A stretch of 64,000 nt of DNA from Chiloscyllium plagiosum (lineage: Eukaryota). The stretch covers positions 31,412,120 to 31,476,119 of the forward strand of contig NC_057731.1 in the NCBI RefSeq assembly GCF_004010195.1, read 5' to 3'. This document shows, piece after piece, positions 1 to 13,689 of this stretch (position 1 is its first letter; each line of letters begins with the position of its first letter). The notes under the pieces were generated by a model, which saw only the letters and a list, made by a program, of their open reading frames with translations, was not told where the DNA came from and ran no database searches. The position numbers were made by a program, and so were the translations under genes.

Positions 1-81
1 GACCTTTTTTAGCTGCATTGTCAATTTGTGCAAGTTCTAGCTGAATTGCTGACAGATGTATAGATTGCCAAGAGTGTGCCA

Positions 82-225
82 AGAACAAAGAATAATACAG
101 CACAGGAACAGGCTCTTCGGCCCACCAAGCCTGTGATGATTCCTAATCCTTATTTGGACTTGCTACTTATTGTCCATACGCGGTTTCTGTCCCTCTGTTT
201 ACCCCCTGTTTGTGTGTCTATCAAG
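82..225 (-). mobile_element. LINE (CR1-type) 3' terminus fragment
   Basis: aagaacaaagaataatacagcacaggaacaggctcttcggcccaccaagcctg is nearly the same as the terminus at ~54355-54520, which continues into CR1 ORF2 C-terminal sequence. Confidence 0.6.
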
Positions 226-558
226 GAAAAAGTTGAGACTACTCGAGCCATTTTGTAACAAATTATTATAATCAATGGCTTGACTTGAATTTGAGCCTAA
301 CATCATGCAACTCTTTCTTCCCTGTAGCAAGAAAAAGGTACATTGTGTATTGTAAATTTTTGAGGAAGTTGCAGGCTGATTTCCATTAATTTCACAAAAC
401 AGCCTAGGATTTTCAAAAAGTAATGCTAATTGCCCATTGAACTTGTGTAGAAAGTCTTAGAATTATTAATGTAAATACCATTTTAATATCTTGACAATTT
501 TTAATGGCTACAAAGTCAACCTCTCTTGATAGGCACGTGAATATTTAAAATTGTTTTA

Positions 559-1140
559 GAGTACAGGAGTTGGGAGGTCATGTTGCAGCTGTACAGGACA
601 TTGGTTAGGCCACTGTTGGAATATTGCGTGCAATTCTGGTCTCCTTCCTGTCAGAAAGATGTTGTGAAACTTGAAAGGGTTCAGAAAAGATTTACAAGGA
701 TGTTGCCAGGGTTGGAGGATCTGAGCTACAGGGAGAGGCTGAACAGGCTAGGGCTGTTTTCCCTGGCTGAGGGGTGACCTTATAGAGGTTTACAAAATTA
801 TGAGGGGCATGGATAGGATAAATAGGCAAAGTATTTTCCCTGAGGTCGGGAGTCCAGAACTAGAGGGCATAGGTTTAGGGTGAGAGGGGAAAGATATAAA
901 AGAGACCTAAGGGGCAACTTTTTCAAGCAGAGGGTGGTACGTGTATGGAATGAGCTGCCAGAGGATGTGGTGGAGGCTGGTACAATTGCAACATTTAAGA
1001 GGCATTTGAATGGGTATATGAATAGGAAGGGTTTGGAGGGATATGGGCTGGGTGGGACTAGATTGGGTTGGGATATCTGGTCGGCATGGACAGGTTGGAC
1101 CAAAGGGTCTGTTTCCATGCTGTACGTCTCTATGACTCTA
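559..1140 (+). mobile_element. CR1/HER1-like LINE, 5'-truncated 3' end
   Basis: ORF2 C-terminus LYRTLVRPLLEYCVQFWSP...LERVQKRFTRMLPGL...VWNELPE, broken by a frameshift. The 3' UTR ends in a (ctatgact)-type tail. Confidence 0.92.
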
Positions 1141-1339
1141 TTTGAAAAATGTTGGCTTTCTTGCTTTAACTTTCTAGCTTTTTTACTCTTTCTTCATGTA
1201 ATCTTTCTTCCCCTCTTTCTTTTCTTCTGGTACATGATTTCACATTGAATTCACCTGCTAAATTCATTCCCTGAACCACTCTTGTATTACTTAAATTTTC
1301 CCTAAATTATTCTTATCACTGGATGAATACTTGGCACCA

Positions 1340-2235
1340 GAATTTCCTAAGGATGAGAAAGCCGATAGATTATTGGTGTGACTGAAGGCGATAGAGATAA
1401 TAGATGAAGGTGAAAATGTACTGACAAGGCTGGCCATTCTTCAAATGGGTAGATCATTGGCTGTGCTAGATCACATCTCAGGTTGCTAAAGTGAGTGGAT
1501 GTGGAGATTGTGGAACGGCTTGCCATGCTCTTCCAGTCTTCCCTAAATATGCGGGAAATGCCAGGAGATTAAAGGGTGGCAAATATGACCCCTTTATTCA
1601 AGCAGAGATGGACAGACATTTCCATTAATTGAAGATTGGTCAGTTTAATATCAGTAGTGTACAGGTTTGTCAAATAAGGAGAGGCAATATGAACTCAAAG
1701 GCACGGGTCTAAAAGGTGTGCAGGGACCAAGGGACCTAGACGTTCCCTTACATCAATCATTATAGGTGGTAGAATATACTGAAAAGACAATTAGCAAAGC
1801 ATATGGGAGCTTGGGTGAGAACTATAGCACTTTGTTGAATGGCTTCTGAAAGTCCAAATATACATATTTGTCCTTGATCAACTTTGTCTGGATATCCTCA
1901 GAAATTTCCCTGCAACAAAACCATGCTGACTTTGTTTGATTATCTTAAGTTTCTTTTTAAATGTTCTGCTACTTCTTCCTTAATAATAGCATCTAACATT
2001 TTCCCAGTGATAGATGTTTTGCTCTCTGCCCTACAGTTTCCTTCTTTCTGTCTAGCTCCTTTCTTGAAAAGTAGTGGGGGGGAGGGGGTAGGCGGTTGGG
2101 GGGTGTGAGGCCAGTAAGTGCTGGAATATTTCAACCAATGCTTCCACTATCTCAACAACCACTTCTTTTAAAGAAAACTTTTGTATGCAGGCCATCAGGT
2201 CCTGGCAATTAGTCAGCCTTCAATCCAATAGCTCC
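1340..2235. mobile_element. old decayed CR1 RT fragments (+ piece ~1340-1820, - piece ~1825-2235)
   Basis: Residual motifs VANMTPLFK on the + strand and FKKGARQKEGNCR...GKMLDAIIKEEVAEHL on the - strand. Confidence 0.6.
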
Positions 2236-2266
2236 ATCAAAGGATCATCCCATGATACAGAACTTG

Positions 2267-2387
2267 AGTATTGCTGAACAAAAGTCATTTTCTCAAAGCT
2301 TTCCATCTTGCACTCATCAGCACAATTCACAAGAATATGATCAAAAGATCAAAAGCTTTGACAAATATTTACATTTTCAGCAATACT
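2267..2387. mobile_element. short inverted Penelope-like terminus with hammerhead motif
   Basis: Terminal inverted repeat agtattgctgaa...ttcagcaatact. The minus strand reads CTGATGA-gtgcaagatg-GAAA-gctttga. Confidence 0.5.
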
Positions 2388-3449
2388 GATTCATAGGGAG
2401 TAAATGGAAATGCTGTGAGACTGCAAGGTCATCAAGGCTACAGGGGCAATACAAAATGGAGAATCATTCTGCATTTCAGGTGGATGCTGACAAAAACATG
2501 AAGTGTCAGATTGAAGTCATTTGTGCAATGATTGCCAAAATAGTTGACACCGCATGCAGAGTAGGTGGAATAAGTTACTGTTTTGTCTTCAGGAATGGGG
2601 AGAAATGTTTGGCGTTTAAGGACCTGCTGGGGCAATTGTAATAATCATGATTCAGTAATGCAATCCATCCTGCTTTAATTTGTGTTTCATCGGTATGTCA
2701 TTCATTGTTGAAGAATGCATATTAAGAATCATGGCATCAAGCAATCATGACTCGTACATTGTGTGCACTAATTACCACCTTGTCATACCAGCTTAGTAAA
2801 TATAGTCAACAGATACACTTAAAAGCGTCACCCTGAACTTCTCATACAAGAAGCACATTTTCACTGAGTGGAAGACAACTATTTAGAGCTGCCACATTTG
2901 CACACTAGGCCATGACATGAACTGTGACTATAAAGGTGCCTTGTCATTTTTTCTGGGGAGTGGGGTACAAACATGTTGGTTTATTGGCTAAATTCTACAC
3001 CCCAAACATGACTTAAAAATTTTGGTTGCACACGTACATTTGGATAAAGTAACATATCTCAGTGCTCCCAATGGCCACATGACAATAACTTTCTTGGAAA
3101 GTGCCCATGCATACTGTGGGAGAATATAACATAAGACTTCACTGTGATAGGTATGAAGTCCCAGGAGTTCCTTCAGTGATGTTTTGTTCTCTGTCTGACA
3201 TTCCTCATTGATTATGTGTTCACACATCTCACATGGACATTGCCATGGCTGGAGGTAATGTGGCCTTGATTCAAATACAAAGATTGTATAGGAGGGGACA
3301 GCAATTGAATTATCAATTAGTTCAAGAGCTGCAACAACCAGTGGCTGTTGCACATGCTCTAAAGGTGCACACAGCAGTTAAAAACCACCAAGGAGTCATA
3401 ACAGGGACCCTATTTTGCCTACTATCATTCTCTTTAACTATCTGAAGAG

Positions 3450-4215
3450 TTAGTGCCATCATCACTGAACTGTGTCATCTGCTGCAGTAGGACTCATGCA
3501 TAGAAGAACTGGGTAACAATCTCATCTTCGTACTCATCAAGGTCACAACTCCCCAGAACTTTTATGCCACTCATTTCAAAGATAACCTGGATCTATGAGG
3601 CATCTCTCTGTTCTTGATACATAAATGCATCTTGGATGGAACTGGTGCCATTTTATCCACTATCTTAATATCTTCATTTCCCTTCCTTGTGATGAGGATA
3701 GTCAAGCAGCTGGACAGTGAGATTCTTCATTTCTGACTTCTTCCTAGTGCAGAGTTCTATCAACTGTGCACACATTGCTTTGAGACTGTCCTATCGCCAA
3801 CATGCAGAGTTCATCAACAGAAAAGGAACCTACTCCATCAATGTTCAAATTGTACATGAGTATCAATATCAAATTATTGGAAGTATGTTGCAGCCATCCT
3901 GGGAACTGCCATGTCTCTTGCAACTAGAGAACTTACACTGCATCCTTCCAAGATCCTTGAGCCATACAGCGATGATTCCTTGGGAAACAACGACTTCTCC
4001 ATCCAAACATGGCTCATGACATTTTTATGAATCCTTGAGACTGATGAAGAATGTGAAACGACACTGTTCATGTTTCCAACTGGGCCGTAGCAGACAGACC
4101 TTAGACTTACTTATGATGAGGTTTTTTTATGCCCGGAGTGCTCTTTTGAGGCCTTGCAGTATGGCTCAGAATTGGTGCCCAGCATCATTGCGGTATGCTG
4201 CGCCCTTCACATAAG
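3450..4215 (+). pseudogene. degenerate PIF/Harbinger (HARBI1-like) DDE transposase
   Basis: Colinear motifs across frameshifts and stops: ITELCHLLQ, KVTTPQNFYAT, GISLFLIHKCI, VQSSINCAHIALR, FINRKGTYSINVQIV, HPGNCHVS, LGNNDFSIQTWLMT, ALQYGSELVPSIIAVCCALH. Confidence 0.85.
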
Positions 4216-5053
4216 AAGCCGACAAATAAGAGAATTAGCAGCAATTTTCTGAGGATGAGGATTTTGGACATTGAGTGAGAGGGACATCCCTGGCAGCATG
4301 ATAACGCAGTTTGTTGAGCATGAGAAGCCAGAGGGAACTGAACTGAATCTCACTTACAGGGTGAAAGAACTGGGTTTGGACTTCACTTGATTGTTGAAGA
4401 TTCTGTTGTTAATCTGAAAAGCAGCCCCTGTTTAATGCAACAGGCATTTGGACCTTGTTATTTTTTACCTTTTCTGTTATTGAATAAATGTCTTATTATC
4501 ACTGAAATGATATGTTTGATGTCTTTCGGTGATCCCAATTTCAAGTACCTGCTCATTACATATCCTACCAATCATTTGAGAAAGGTCAGCAGCAAGAGGG
4601 TGTACTTACATCACAAGCTGCTTAAATTAGGTAGCTCTAAGGATTTAGATAGCATCTCATATCTGAGTGTTGTGAAGTCTCTCCTGACAACCAACAGTTT
4701 GAAAGGAATCTTGAAGGATCTCCTTTTGACCCTTCCATCACCAGTAGCTCGCCAATGTTCAGAATGCTTGTAAATTCTAAAGTAGTACTCAAACACTTGG
4801 GCATCCTGTCAGACAGCACTGAACCTGTGGAAGGCAGCACTTTCTGCAGCTTTTATCGGCAGACAATGTATTATAATGAACAGTGGATATGCAAACTGAC
4901 CATTGTATATCTTTCACCTTTGAATGGCAGTACACTTCCTTGAAAAGATGATTACACACAGAGAAGCTTTTGCAGCAGAAATGTGTGCAACCATCACTAA
5001 TTCAGTACTCTCATTTCTAAGGTGGGTGTAAGTGTGGAATGGTGTATGCAGGT

Positions 5054-5154
5054 AAAAAGAGGTAAAAGGCTTTTGCCCGAAACATCGATTTCGAAGCTCC
5101 TTGGATGCTGCCTGAACTGCTGTGCTCTTCCAGCACCATTAATCCAGAAAATGA
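5054..5154 (+). mobile_element. short Penelope-like terminus insertion with 11-bp TSD
   Basis: Flanked by tgtatgcaggt at 5043-5053 and 5155-5165. The body ggcttttgcccgaaacatcgat...ggatgctgcctgaactgctgtgctcttccagcacc resembles the PLE end at 26280-26358. Confidence 0.75.
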
Positions 5155-5949
5155 TGTATGCAGGTCAAGCCTTAGCACAATCTCTATATATTATGTTTAA
5201 CATCAGTGTTGTCCAAATCAAAGTTCAATGCCTTGGCTTCAGTCAACAATGCCACAGTCAAGGATTTGTGATGTCTGAGACTATCTGCAGGCAGGGAGTT
5301 GGTTGCTTGTGAGACATGAGCAATGCTTAGCCATTACAATTTCTTACATCCTTGAGAAAGGATGAAGAGGCTGCACAGTCCTCACATTGATACAATGTAG
5401 TCAGGTCCAACTGCAAAAATAATATCACAGCAGATATTTAAAGAATGCAAATGAATACACATATATAAAGTTGAAGATTATTTACAAAGATGTGTCACTA
5501 CTGTCACCTACATGCTCCCAGTATGTTTCTTCTTCCTCTCCATCTAATTACCTCTAAGTATGGTCCTGACTTCCATAGCTGAGGTGACATGAACCTGCTC
5601 AGTATCTGGCCCAGTTCACCTTGATGACTAGAATGGTCAAAACATTTTAAATGTTGCTCTATGATTCTAAGGCTGCATGACATATTTGCCTGACTAGGCC
5701 AGTAGCAGGACATAACTAACAAAGAAAAGAAGATCCACAGCCATTAGATCAGATCAAAGCTCTGCAATCCTGCCACCTCCAGTCATCAATGGTGATAGAC
5801 AATTAAGCAGCGAGCTCCAAAAAGCTCCTGATCTGGTAGAGTGCAGCACTCCTGTGCTAGAGACTAGGCTGAAGCATATACCTTCACATATAGACAGCAG
5901 TACCAAGTGGATTATCCATCTCCTTGACCTCTTCATGAAGTTTCCACCA

Positions 5950-6192
5950 TGAAAGGTGCCTAGGTTCAGATGATTTGATTCAACAGGTGTCCTGATTTGG
6001 AACTGCATTGCCATTCTTGGTCAAAAACATTGGATCTTCATCCCTCACTACACTTACAATGTGATTACATCACAAGAACTATAGCAGTTCAAGGAGATGG
6101 TTCACCATCTCCATCACAAGGGGACTTGAGGATGGGATATTAATCCTGACTTTGGTGGTGATGCTCACATACCAGAAAATGAATAAAAGAAA
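5950..6192 (+). mobile_element. old LINE (CR1/L2-like) 3' tail
   Basis: gcagttcaaggagatggttcaccatc...gatgctcacataccagaaaatgaataaaag. The tail resembles those near 35580-35690 and 61900-62030. Confidence 0.45.
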
Positions 6193-6616
6193 AATCACCC
6201 CATCCCACTTCCGCCATGCTATGACCTCCTCCCATATTAATTTTATGTTAGCTGTTGATGATTGGCATGTCATAAAAACAAAAAAAGTTACTTAACAGCT
6301 AACAATTAAAATTAACAGTTGTTTTATTCTAAAGCATTTTGCTGTTTCTCCTCAGCATATTTTTGACAGTGAGGACTGAACAGTAGCGCGTTACAGCTTG
6401 ATAAATAATCCATTCTCACTTTCTATTGTTTCCCTAACCAAAGCTCAGATCAAGTTAGAAACCAGAAGAAACTATCATTGCAATTTCAACCGGTTATTTC
6501 CCTTAGTTTGTAATATATTTCCAAATAAGTCTTGATTAAACCAGGAAATAAAGGCTTTTTGGGTGATGAATAGAAAATCTAATCATGTTGCTCTAAATGA
6601 CTCATTTTCTCCACAG

Positions 6617-6708
6617 TTTACAGAAGATGTTCGTCTACCTAGAAAAGGATGTTCGACACAAATACTTTGGGCTGTTTCAGGCTGTCCGATTACATGGAAT
6701 AACTGAAA
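6617..6708 (+). CDS. BTBD16: BTBD16 internal coding exon (92 bp)
   Basis: Acceptor tctccacag| and donor |gtgagt. Translates (S)LQKMFVYLEKDVRHKYFGLFQAVRLHGITE, matching the recalled BTBD16 motif LF..xRLHGIT. Ends in phase 1, which joins the exon at 27720. Confidence 0.9.
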
Positions 6709-8309
6709 GTGAGTTCTCTAAATTGCTAACTTTAAAATGTCAGTGTTGTTATGTTCATTATTATGAAATGGCATATAATTTAAACCAAAACCAGATTTCG
6801 GAAACACTGACAGCAACACACAGCAAGAGAATTTCAGTATCTCAATTGTTCAAACATGCTGATCCTATTATTCTACATCTTATTTTCATGTACGATTGCA
6901 AATTGTCTTGTTCCACTGTCTTATTCGATAACAGTTTAATTGTTTCATTTGGCTTTGAAGAAGAGCTGCACACTGACTTATGGATCTCATGCACATGCTC
7001 CAATGGAAATGCATGCTTTAAATTACATAGTCTGAATCCTTCTGGTAGTATTAATCCAACTGATCCAACATCCAAAGATTAACTTTTATTCAGAAGTGCT
7101 TCGTAATAAATAGATATAGCAATACATAAAGCATTATTTTTACAATGCTTATTATTTGAAAACCTAAAAGCAGTTCCTCTTATCATTACTTATTACCTCA
7201 CTCTGCACATCTGGACAAACACCCTGGACAAAGTAAAAATAATCTTCCTTAACATATTTTAATCTGTTTGTAAATCAATGTAAGTTTACCAAATCTTAGC
7301 AACCTATTTCATAGATATAAGGATTTGAATCTTCAAATAAGTTAGACCAGTACCATCAAATACCATCATATATCTCATTTTGGTAATCATATGCAGGTAT
7401 TCACTCATGATTATTCTGGTCAGATTCATATAGTTCCCACCTTTCAGTTCTATTTTTTTCCTTTTTTTTCCTCCTAACCTCATGATTCTTCCTTTTCTTC
7501 CTTTTCAGCCACTTTCCTTTGCCCTTGACGCTTGCCAGTATTCCTCACTTCTCTTCCAAGTTTCTTGTGCTTTATTTATGCTTTTATTTATTTTTATTCA
7601 TGCTTTTATTTATTTTTATTCTCTTTCAATTAACCTGTGACCATGTCAGCTGCAGTCAGAAAGGGGGGAAAATTTCCTCTAATTTCTGCCACCTCTTCCA
7701 TGCACCTCCTTCTAGCTCTGCTCACTTTTGTGGTACACTTAAATACAATGCAAAGTCCTTTTTAATAAAACAAAATGTGACCTAAATTGATTTGGTTGAA
7801 GATTCAAGGTTGAATTAGAATTAGGGAGCATTGCACATATGTGGACAGGAACAAGGATGAGGTGAGAGATATAGCATGGATGGAGAACACTTCCAGACTG
7901 ATCTAGCAAGGTTCAAGTCAAGCCAGCAGGATTGAACATTGGAGGACAGCAACATGCTATAGACAGACTGGAGACCAGTAGATGATGTTGTCACATCTGA
8001 TTGGTCCACACTAAGAATATTTAAATATTATAATCGAAAAATGTCCTAATGACCAATTACTGCGCAACTTAAATGACCAAATGTACAGCAATTATGTTGC
8101 TCCAAATTGAATAATTAGTTAAATGAAATAATGTTTTTAAAAATAATGTACAGACATTTGTGAAGTACTTTATAGTGCACTTCAGAATTTTAAAATAAAC
8201 TATAATCTACTGATGCTATTGTCTGCCAGCAGGCTACCTTGACATAACTTTCTAACTTGTCAGGCAAAATATGATATTTTAGTCATTGTGGACGTACTAG
8301 CCTATCTCT

Positions 8310-8672
8310 GTGGGAGTATCTTAGTGTCAGAGGTGCTGTCTTTCAGATAAGATATTGAATTGATGTCTTTTGGGTGAACATAAAATATTTCATTGCACTT
8401 TTTGAAGAACCACAGAGAAATTATCTTTGGTATTCTTAGCAATGTTTAACCCTCAGTCAACATCTCAAGAAAAAAGACAGAGGGACCAGTCGTTATCAGA
8501 TTTCTATCAATGGGAATGTGTTGTATGCAACTTGGAAGCCACATTTCCTCCATTACAACAGGGACTGCACTCCAAAAAGTGCCTCATTGGCTACATAGCT
8601 TTTTGAGATGTTCTAGTCATAGAATCCCTATAGTGTGGAACCATGAAAATGCTGTATAAATCGAAATCTTCT
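8310..8672 (+). mobile_element. Deu-domain SINE (SacSINE1/AmnSINE-like) remnant
   Basis: gtcagaggtgctgtctttcagataagat...gccacatttcctccattacaacagggactgcactccaaaaagtgcctcattggct...gctgtataaat matches the recalled Deu domain and tail. Confidence 0.7.
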
Positions 8673-9547
8673 TTCCTCTACCTAATTGTCAACTTCCACT
8701 AATGTGAATGCACTTTGGTGTACCTTTAATAGTCTAACCACTGCACCCTGCTTCATTTTCTTCATTTATTTTTGTTGCTTTTCAGATGAACTTTTCCAAA
8801 TATATGTCACATTTTTAGTGTTGTTTAAACAATCTGAATCAGTGTCAATTTGCTTTGAATTTTTTAAATACAGGTATAACATTATAAGGTGTGTTGGAAA
8901 TAAATAATTTAAAATCACATTCTTAAGTTTTAATTTCTTCCTGGTTTGTATCTTTTAAATGAGAAAATTAGTTAAACTGAAATACATGAACTTTATCTGA
9001 AATAAAAATTATAGGAAAGATATTTTCTGACACTACTTGTGAAATTAAATGATAATTTCAACCGTTTGTTATTTAAACAATATTTTTTATTAGCTGAAAT
9101 GGATTGCTGAATCATTAGCAGAAATCAACTTTACAGATCAAAGGAAGATAATAATGCTTCCAGATTCACTGTACATTTAGTTCTGAATTTCAGAATGTTT
9201 CATTTGCATTTCCTGTTTTTTCAACTATGAATCAATCCTGTTGCTCCCACTCCAAATATGTCAGCTGTAATGTGATACGTTGCAATAACTGCTACTCAAT
9301 GCTTAGCCAAGTTAATCTCTCCCAGTCCTTGGAGTTGTGTGGAAAGAAATAAGCCTGAACTCAAATTTATCTTTTGTGGCGAAATTGGTAAATGTGATTG
9401 GAAATCACCCTGAATGCAGCATTTTCCGCTTTCATGGTGGCAGGACTGGAGTTAGCTCACTGACAGCTGACCATTCAAATCATTAGATGCCTCCACTTCT
9501 GTAAGATTTGTTGATGTAGGTATTTGAAACTCAAAGTGTGCAAATTA

Positions 9548-9662
9548 GATCATATAATATGTCATACAATTGGAAACAGGCTCTTCAGCTCAACTCATCT
9601 ATGCCGACCAGGTTTCCTAAACTGAACTAGTCCCATTTACCTGAATTTGGCTCATATCTCTC
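9548..9662 (-). mobile_element. CR1 3' UTR fragment
   Basis: ggaaacaggctcttcagctcaactcatctatgccgaccagg...ctagtcccatttacctg is homologous to the CR1 tail at 10300-10410. Confidence 0.65.
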
Positions 9663-10286
9663 AACCTCACCCTTACCTTGAAAAGGGTAAAAGCATGTCT
9701 AAACCTTGTGGATTAATTTTCTTTTCAGGGTACTCTTTTGGAGAGCTAAGGCATCTAGTATCTGGTGCTGGTTTACATTTGGAAGAGTTAAGTTGACATG
9801 CCTCTGCATAAGAACTGCATAAAATCAATTGGGAACTGTCACAATGGTCAAAGATCTGTCAAGCTATCAAACAACTGTCAAAGAATTGTCAAGCTGTTAA
9901 AGGGACCTATCAAGACTCTCAAAGAAACTTACCAAGACTTCAGAGGAATTTATCAAGATTGCCAAGGCATTTCAAACTCTAAATTACTTTTGAAAAATAG
10001 TTTGTAGTGCTAAAAGGAGATTGCTTTCTATTTTGCTCTGTTTGTTGATATTAAGCTGAGGATCTCCATTGGATTAGTGCTGAATAATTGACATCTCAAG
10101 AATGCATTGTTACATTGAGATGTCTTCACTTCACTGTTTGATTGACAGCTACAAGAGGTTGTAGGCTCTTTGGTGTGAGACTATGAATCCCAATACTTGT
10201 TACACTTAAATAAAATATTTCCTTTCATTAGGCATTATGAAAGTGGAGAACTATAAATGTAGTAAATAGGTGTATTTTTTACAAAT

Positions 10287-12352
10287 AGAATCATAGTGTC
10301 ATAGAGATATACAGCACGGAAACAGACCCTTCAGTCCAACCCGTCCATGCCGACCAGATATCCCAACCCAATCTAGTCCCACCTGCCAGCACCCGGCCCA
10401 TATCCCTCCAAACCCTCCCTATTCATATACCCATCCAAATGCCACTTAAATGTTGCAATTGTACCAGCCTCCACCACTTCCTCTGGCAGCTCATTCCATA
10501 CATGAACCACCCTCTGTGTGAAAAGGTTGCCATTTAGGTCTCTTTTATATCTTCCCCCTCTCACCCTAAATCTATGCCCTCTAGCTCTGGACTGCCCCAC
10601 CCCAGGGAAAAGACCTTGCCTATTTACATTATCCATGCCCCTTATAATTTTGTAAACCTCTATAAGGTCACCCCTCAGTCTCCAAAGCTCCAGCGAAAAC
10701 AGCCCCAGCCTGTTCAGCCTCTCCCTATAGCTCAAATCCTCCAACCCAGGCAACATCGTTGAAAATCTTTTCTGAACCATTTCAAGTTTCACAACATCTT
10801 TCCGATAGGAAGGAGACCAGAATTGCATGCAATATTCCAACAGTGGCCTAACCGATGTCCTGTACAGCCGCAACATGACCTCCCAACTCCTGTACTCAGT
10901 ACTCTGACCAATAAAGGAAAGCATATCAAATGCCTTCTTCACTATCTTATCTACCTGTTACTCCACTTTCAAGGAGCTATGAATCTGCATTCCAAGGTCT
11001 CTTTGTTTAGCAACACTCCCTAGGACCTTACCATTAAGTGTATAAATTCTGCTAAGATTTGCTTTCCCAAACTTCAGCACCTCACATTTATCTGAATTAA
11101 ACTCCATCTGCCAGTTGTCTGCCCATTGACCCATCCGGTCAAGGTCCCGTTGTAATCTGAGGTAATCCTCTTTGCTGCCCACTACGCCTCCAGTTTTGGT
11201 GTCATCTGCAAACTTACTAACTGTACCTCTTATGCTCGTATCCAAATCATTTATGTAAATGACAAAAAGCAGAGGATCCAGCACCGATCCTTGTGCACTC
11301 CACTGGTCATAGACCTCCAATCTGAAAAACAACCCTCCACCACCACACTCTGTCTTCTACCTTTGAGCCAGTTCTGTATCCAAATGGCTAGTTCTCCCTG
11401 TATTCCATGAGATCTAACCTTGCTAATCAGTTTCCCATGGGGAACCTTGTTGAACATCTTACTGAAGTCCATATAGATCACATCTACCACTCTGCCCTCA
11501 TCAATCCTCTTTGTTACTTCAAAAAACTCAATCAAGTTTGTGAGACATGATTTCCCACGCACAAAGCCATGTTGACTATTCCAAATCAGTCCTTGCCTTT
11601 CCAAATACACGTACATCCTGTCCCTCAGGATCCCCTCCAACAACTTGCCCACCACCAAGGTCAGGCTCACCGGTCTATAGTTCCCTGGCTCGTCTTTACT
11701 GCCCTTCTTAAACAGTGGCACCACGTTTGCCAACCTCCAGTCTTCCGGCACCTCACCTGTGACTATCGATGATACAAATATCTCAGCAAGAGGCCCAACA
11801 ATCACTTCTCTAGTTTCCCACAGAGTTCTCGGGTACATCTGATCAGGTCCTGGGGATTTATCCATCTTTACCCATTTCAAGGCATCCAGCACCACCTCCT
11901 CTGTAATCTGGACATTTTGCAAGATGTCATCATCTATTTCCCTACAGTCTATATCTTCCATATCCTTTTCCACAGTAAATACTGATCCAAAAAACTCATT
12001 TAGTATCTCCCCCATTTTCTGCGGCTCCACAAAGGCCGCCTTACTGATCTTTGAGGGACCCTATTCTCTCCCTAGTTACCCTTTTGTCCTTAATGTATTT
12101 GTAAAAATCCTTTGGATTCTTCTTAATTCTGTTTGCCAAAGCTATCTCATGTCCCCTTTTTGCCCTCCTTTATACTCTTCTAAGGATTAACTCAATCTAT
12201 CCTGTCTATACCTTATATATGCTTCCTTCTTTTTCTTAACCAAACCCTCAATTTCTTTAGTCATCCAGCATTCCCTATACCTACCAGCCTTTCCTTTCAC
12301 CCTGACAGGAATATACTTTTTCTGAATTCTCGTTATCTCATTTTTGAAGGCT
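10287..12352 (-). mobile_element. CR1/HER1-like LINE, ~2 kb, 5'-truncated, frameshifted RT
   Basis: Consecutive minus-strand ORFs 12030-11251, 11332-10958 and 10942-10373 carry KSPGPD, WRLANVVPLFKKG, NYRPVSLT, QHGFVRGKSCLTNL, QGSVL, SKFADDTK and RPLLEYC. The tail repeat is at ~10287-10305. Confidence 0.95.
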
Positions 12353-13689
12353 AGAACTTTTCTCAATATAGTGAAGTCTACAATAAACCTACTCAATAGA
12401 ATTTTATTATTTCATATCTATGCATAGATCCTGAGATCTGCTCATGATGGAATCTAGGTGAGTTGGCATGGTAGGCAAAAGAGGCAAGGCATAGGTTGGT
12501 ACTAAATTGGGATAGAGTTCAGAAAGGGCCACATTTAAGCACAGGAACATACGATGGCATGGAGTGTGTGGGGTCATGGGAATTGTGTACATGGCATACG
12601 TAGGCAAATAGGTTGTGGCGGGGGTGTCGATTTTTGGGATATGGGTTGCATGGAGGGTTTGGGGGTATCATGGAGTGAACACAGGACATTGTGTGGCTTG
12701 GGGTGACATGGATAGGGCATGAGGAGTGCGGAGGGTTGGAAAAGAGAATTGAGAGTGAGAGTTGAATGAGTGTTTTGTATGTTAATCTTTAATCTAAAAC
12801 TTTGGCCTCAGTATTGTAGCTCAGAGGCAGACTTTGCACACATTTGAACTCTGCATCGGGCATCCTCCTCATATTGTTGCCCACCCCCATCAACCTCTGA
12901 CCCAGCTTTCATTGTCTCAGTGAAAATGGATGTCTAGGCAGGTATTATTGGTGGTTGGGATAGTGGAGCTGGGAATTCTTCTGTCCCTGTGTGTCAACCG
13001 GGTAATGAAAATCGGAGCCCTGGTTTTACATTTTCCAAATAAGCTGAAATTAAAAGCTGGCTGTGAGATTCTGTAACATTTGAGGAGTTTCAGCTGTTGT
13101 CAAATATAACATAAACACAGCTTTGTAATCATAAATGGCACCAACTAGGTTATTTTGAATTCCTGTTGTAACTGAGAATTTCCAATATTTCTATTCTTTA
13201 TATGTAATGGCAATTGTATTGTTCTGTTTCAGAATCCAATCTAACTTAAATTGTTCTTATTTGATCTCCTGTGCTTTTTAACATGTATCTCTGAGTAATC
13301 TGCTGCTGAGAATGCAAAAGGAATGTCAGTTGGTTCATGTTCTACATTAAAGCGCTCTTTCATCTTAAAAGAAAAATCAAGTAGTCCTGCTCACTCATTA
13401 GAGAGAGATGACTGCTGGTGGGTTTAACATGAGAGTTAGCACACCTCAGACAAATGGTGAAGGTGAGAATGCAGGACCTTCATGGTGACCTTAGTCAGTA
13501 TGGGAGTTGAAACACCACTGTTGGCATCACTCTGCATGACAGATCAGCCAAATGAGCTAACCAATCCTTTAATCTGCACTGTAACACATTCCATGCAACT
13601 GTTAGAATTTTTTTAAAAATGTAAACCTCTGCAACGTGCTGTACAGGATGGTGAATGTTGATGATATGAATGGATGAACAAATAATGTC

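Noticed and set aside
6597-7082. 161-aa ORF as a standalone gene
   Set aside because: Only 6617-6708 resembles BTBD16 and it is bounded by splice sites. The rest is intronic read-through.
10373-12030. RT ORFs as an active or novel reverse transcriptase system
   Set aside because: Ordinary CR1 ORF2 split by frameshifts and 5'-truncated, with no endonuclease domain.
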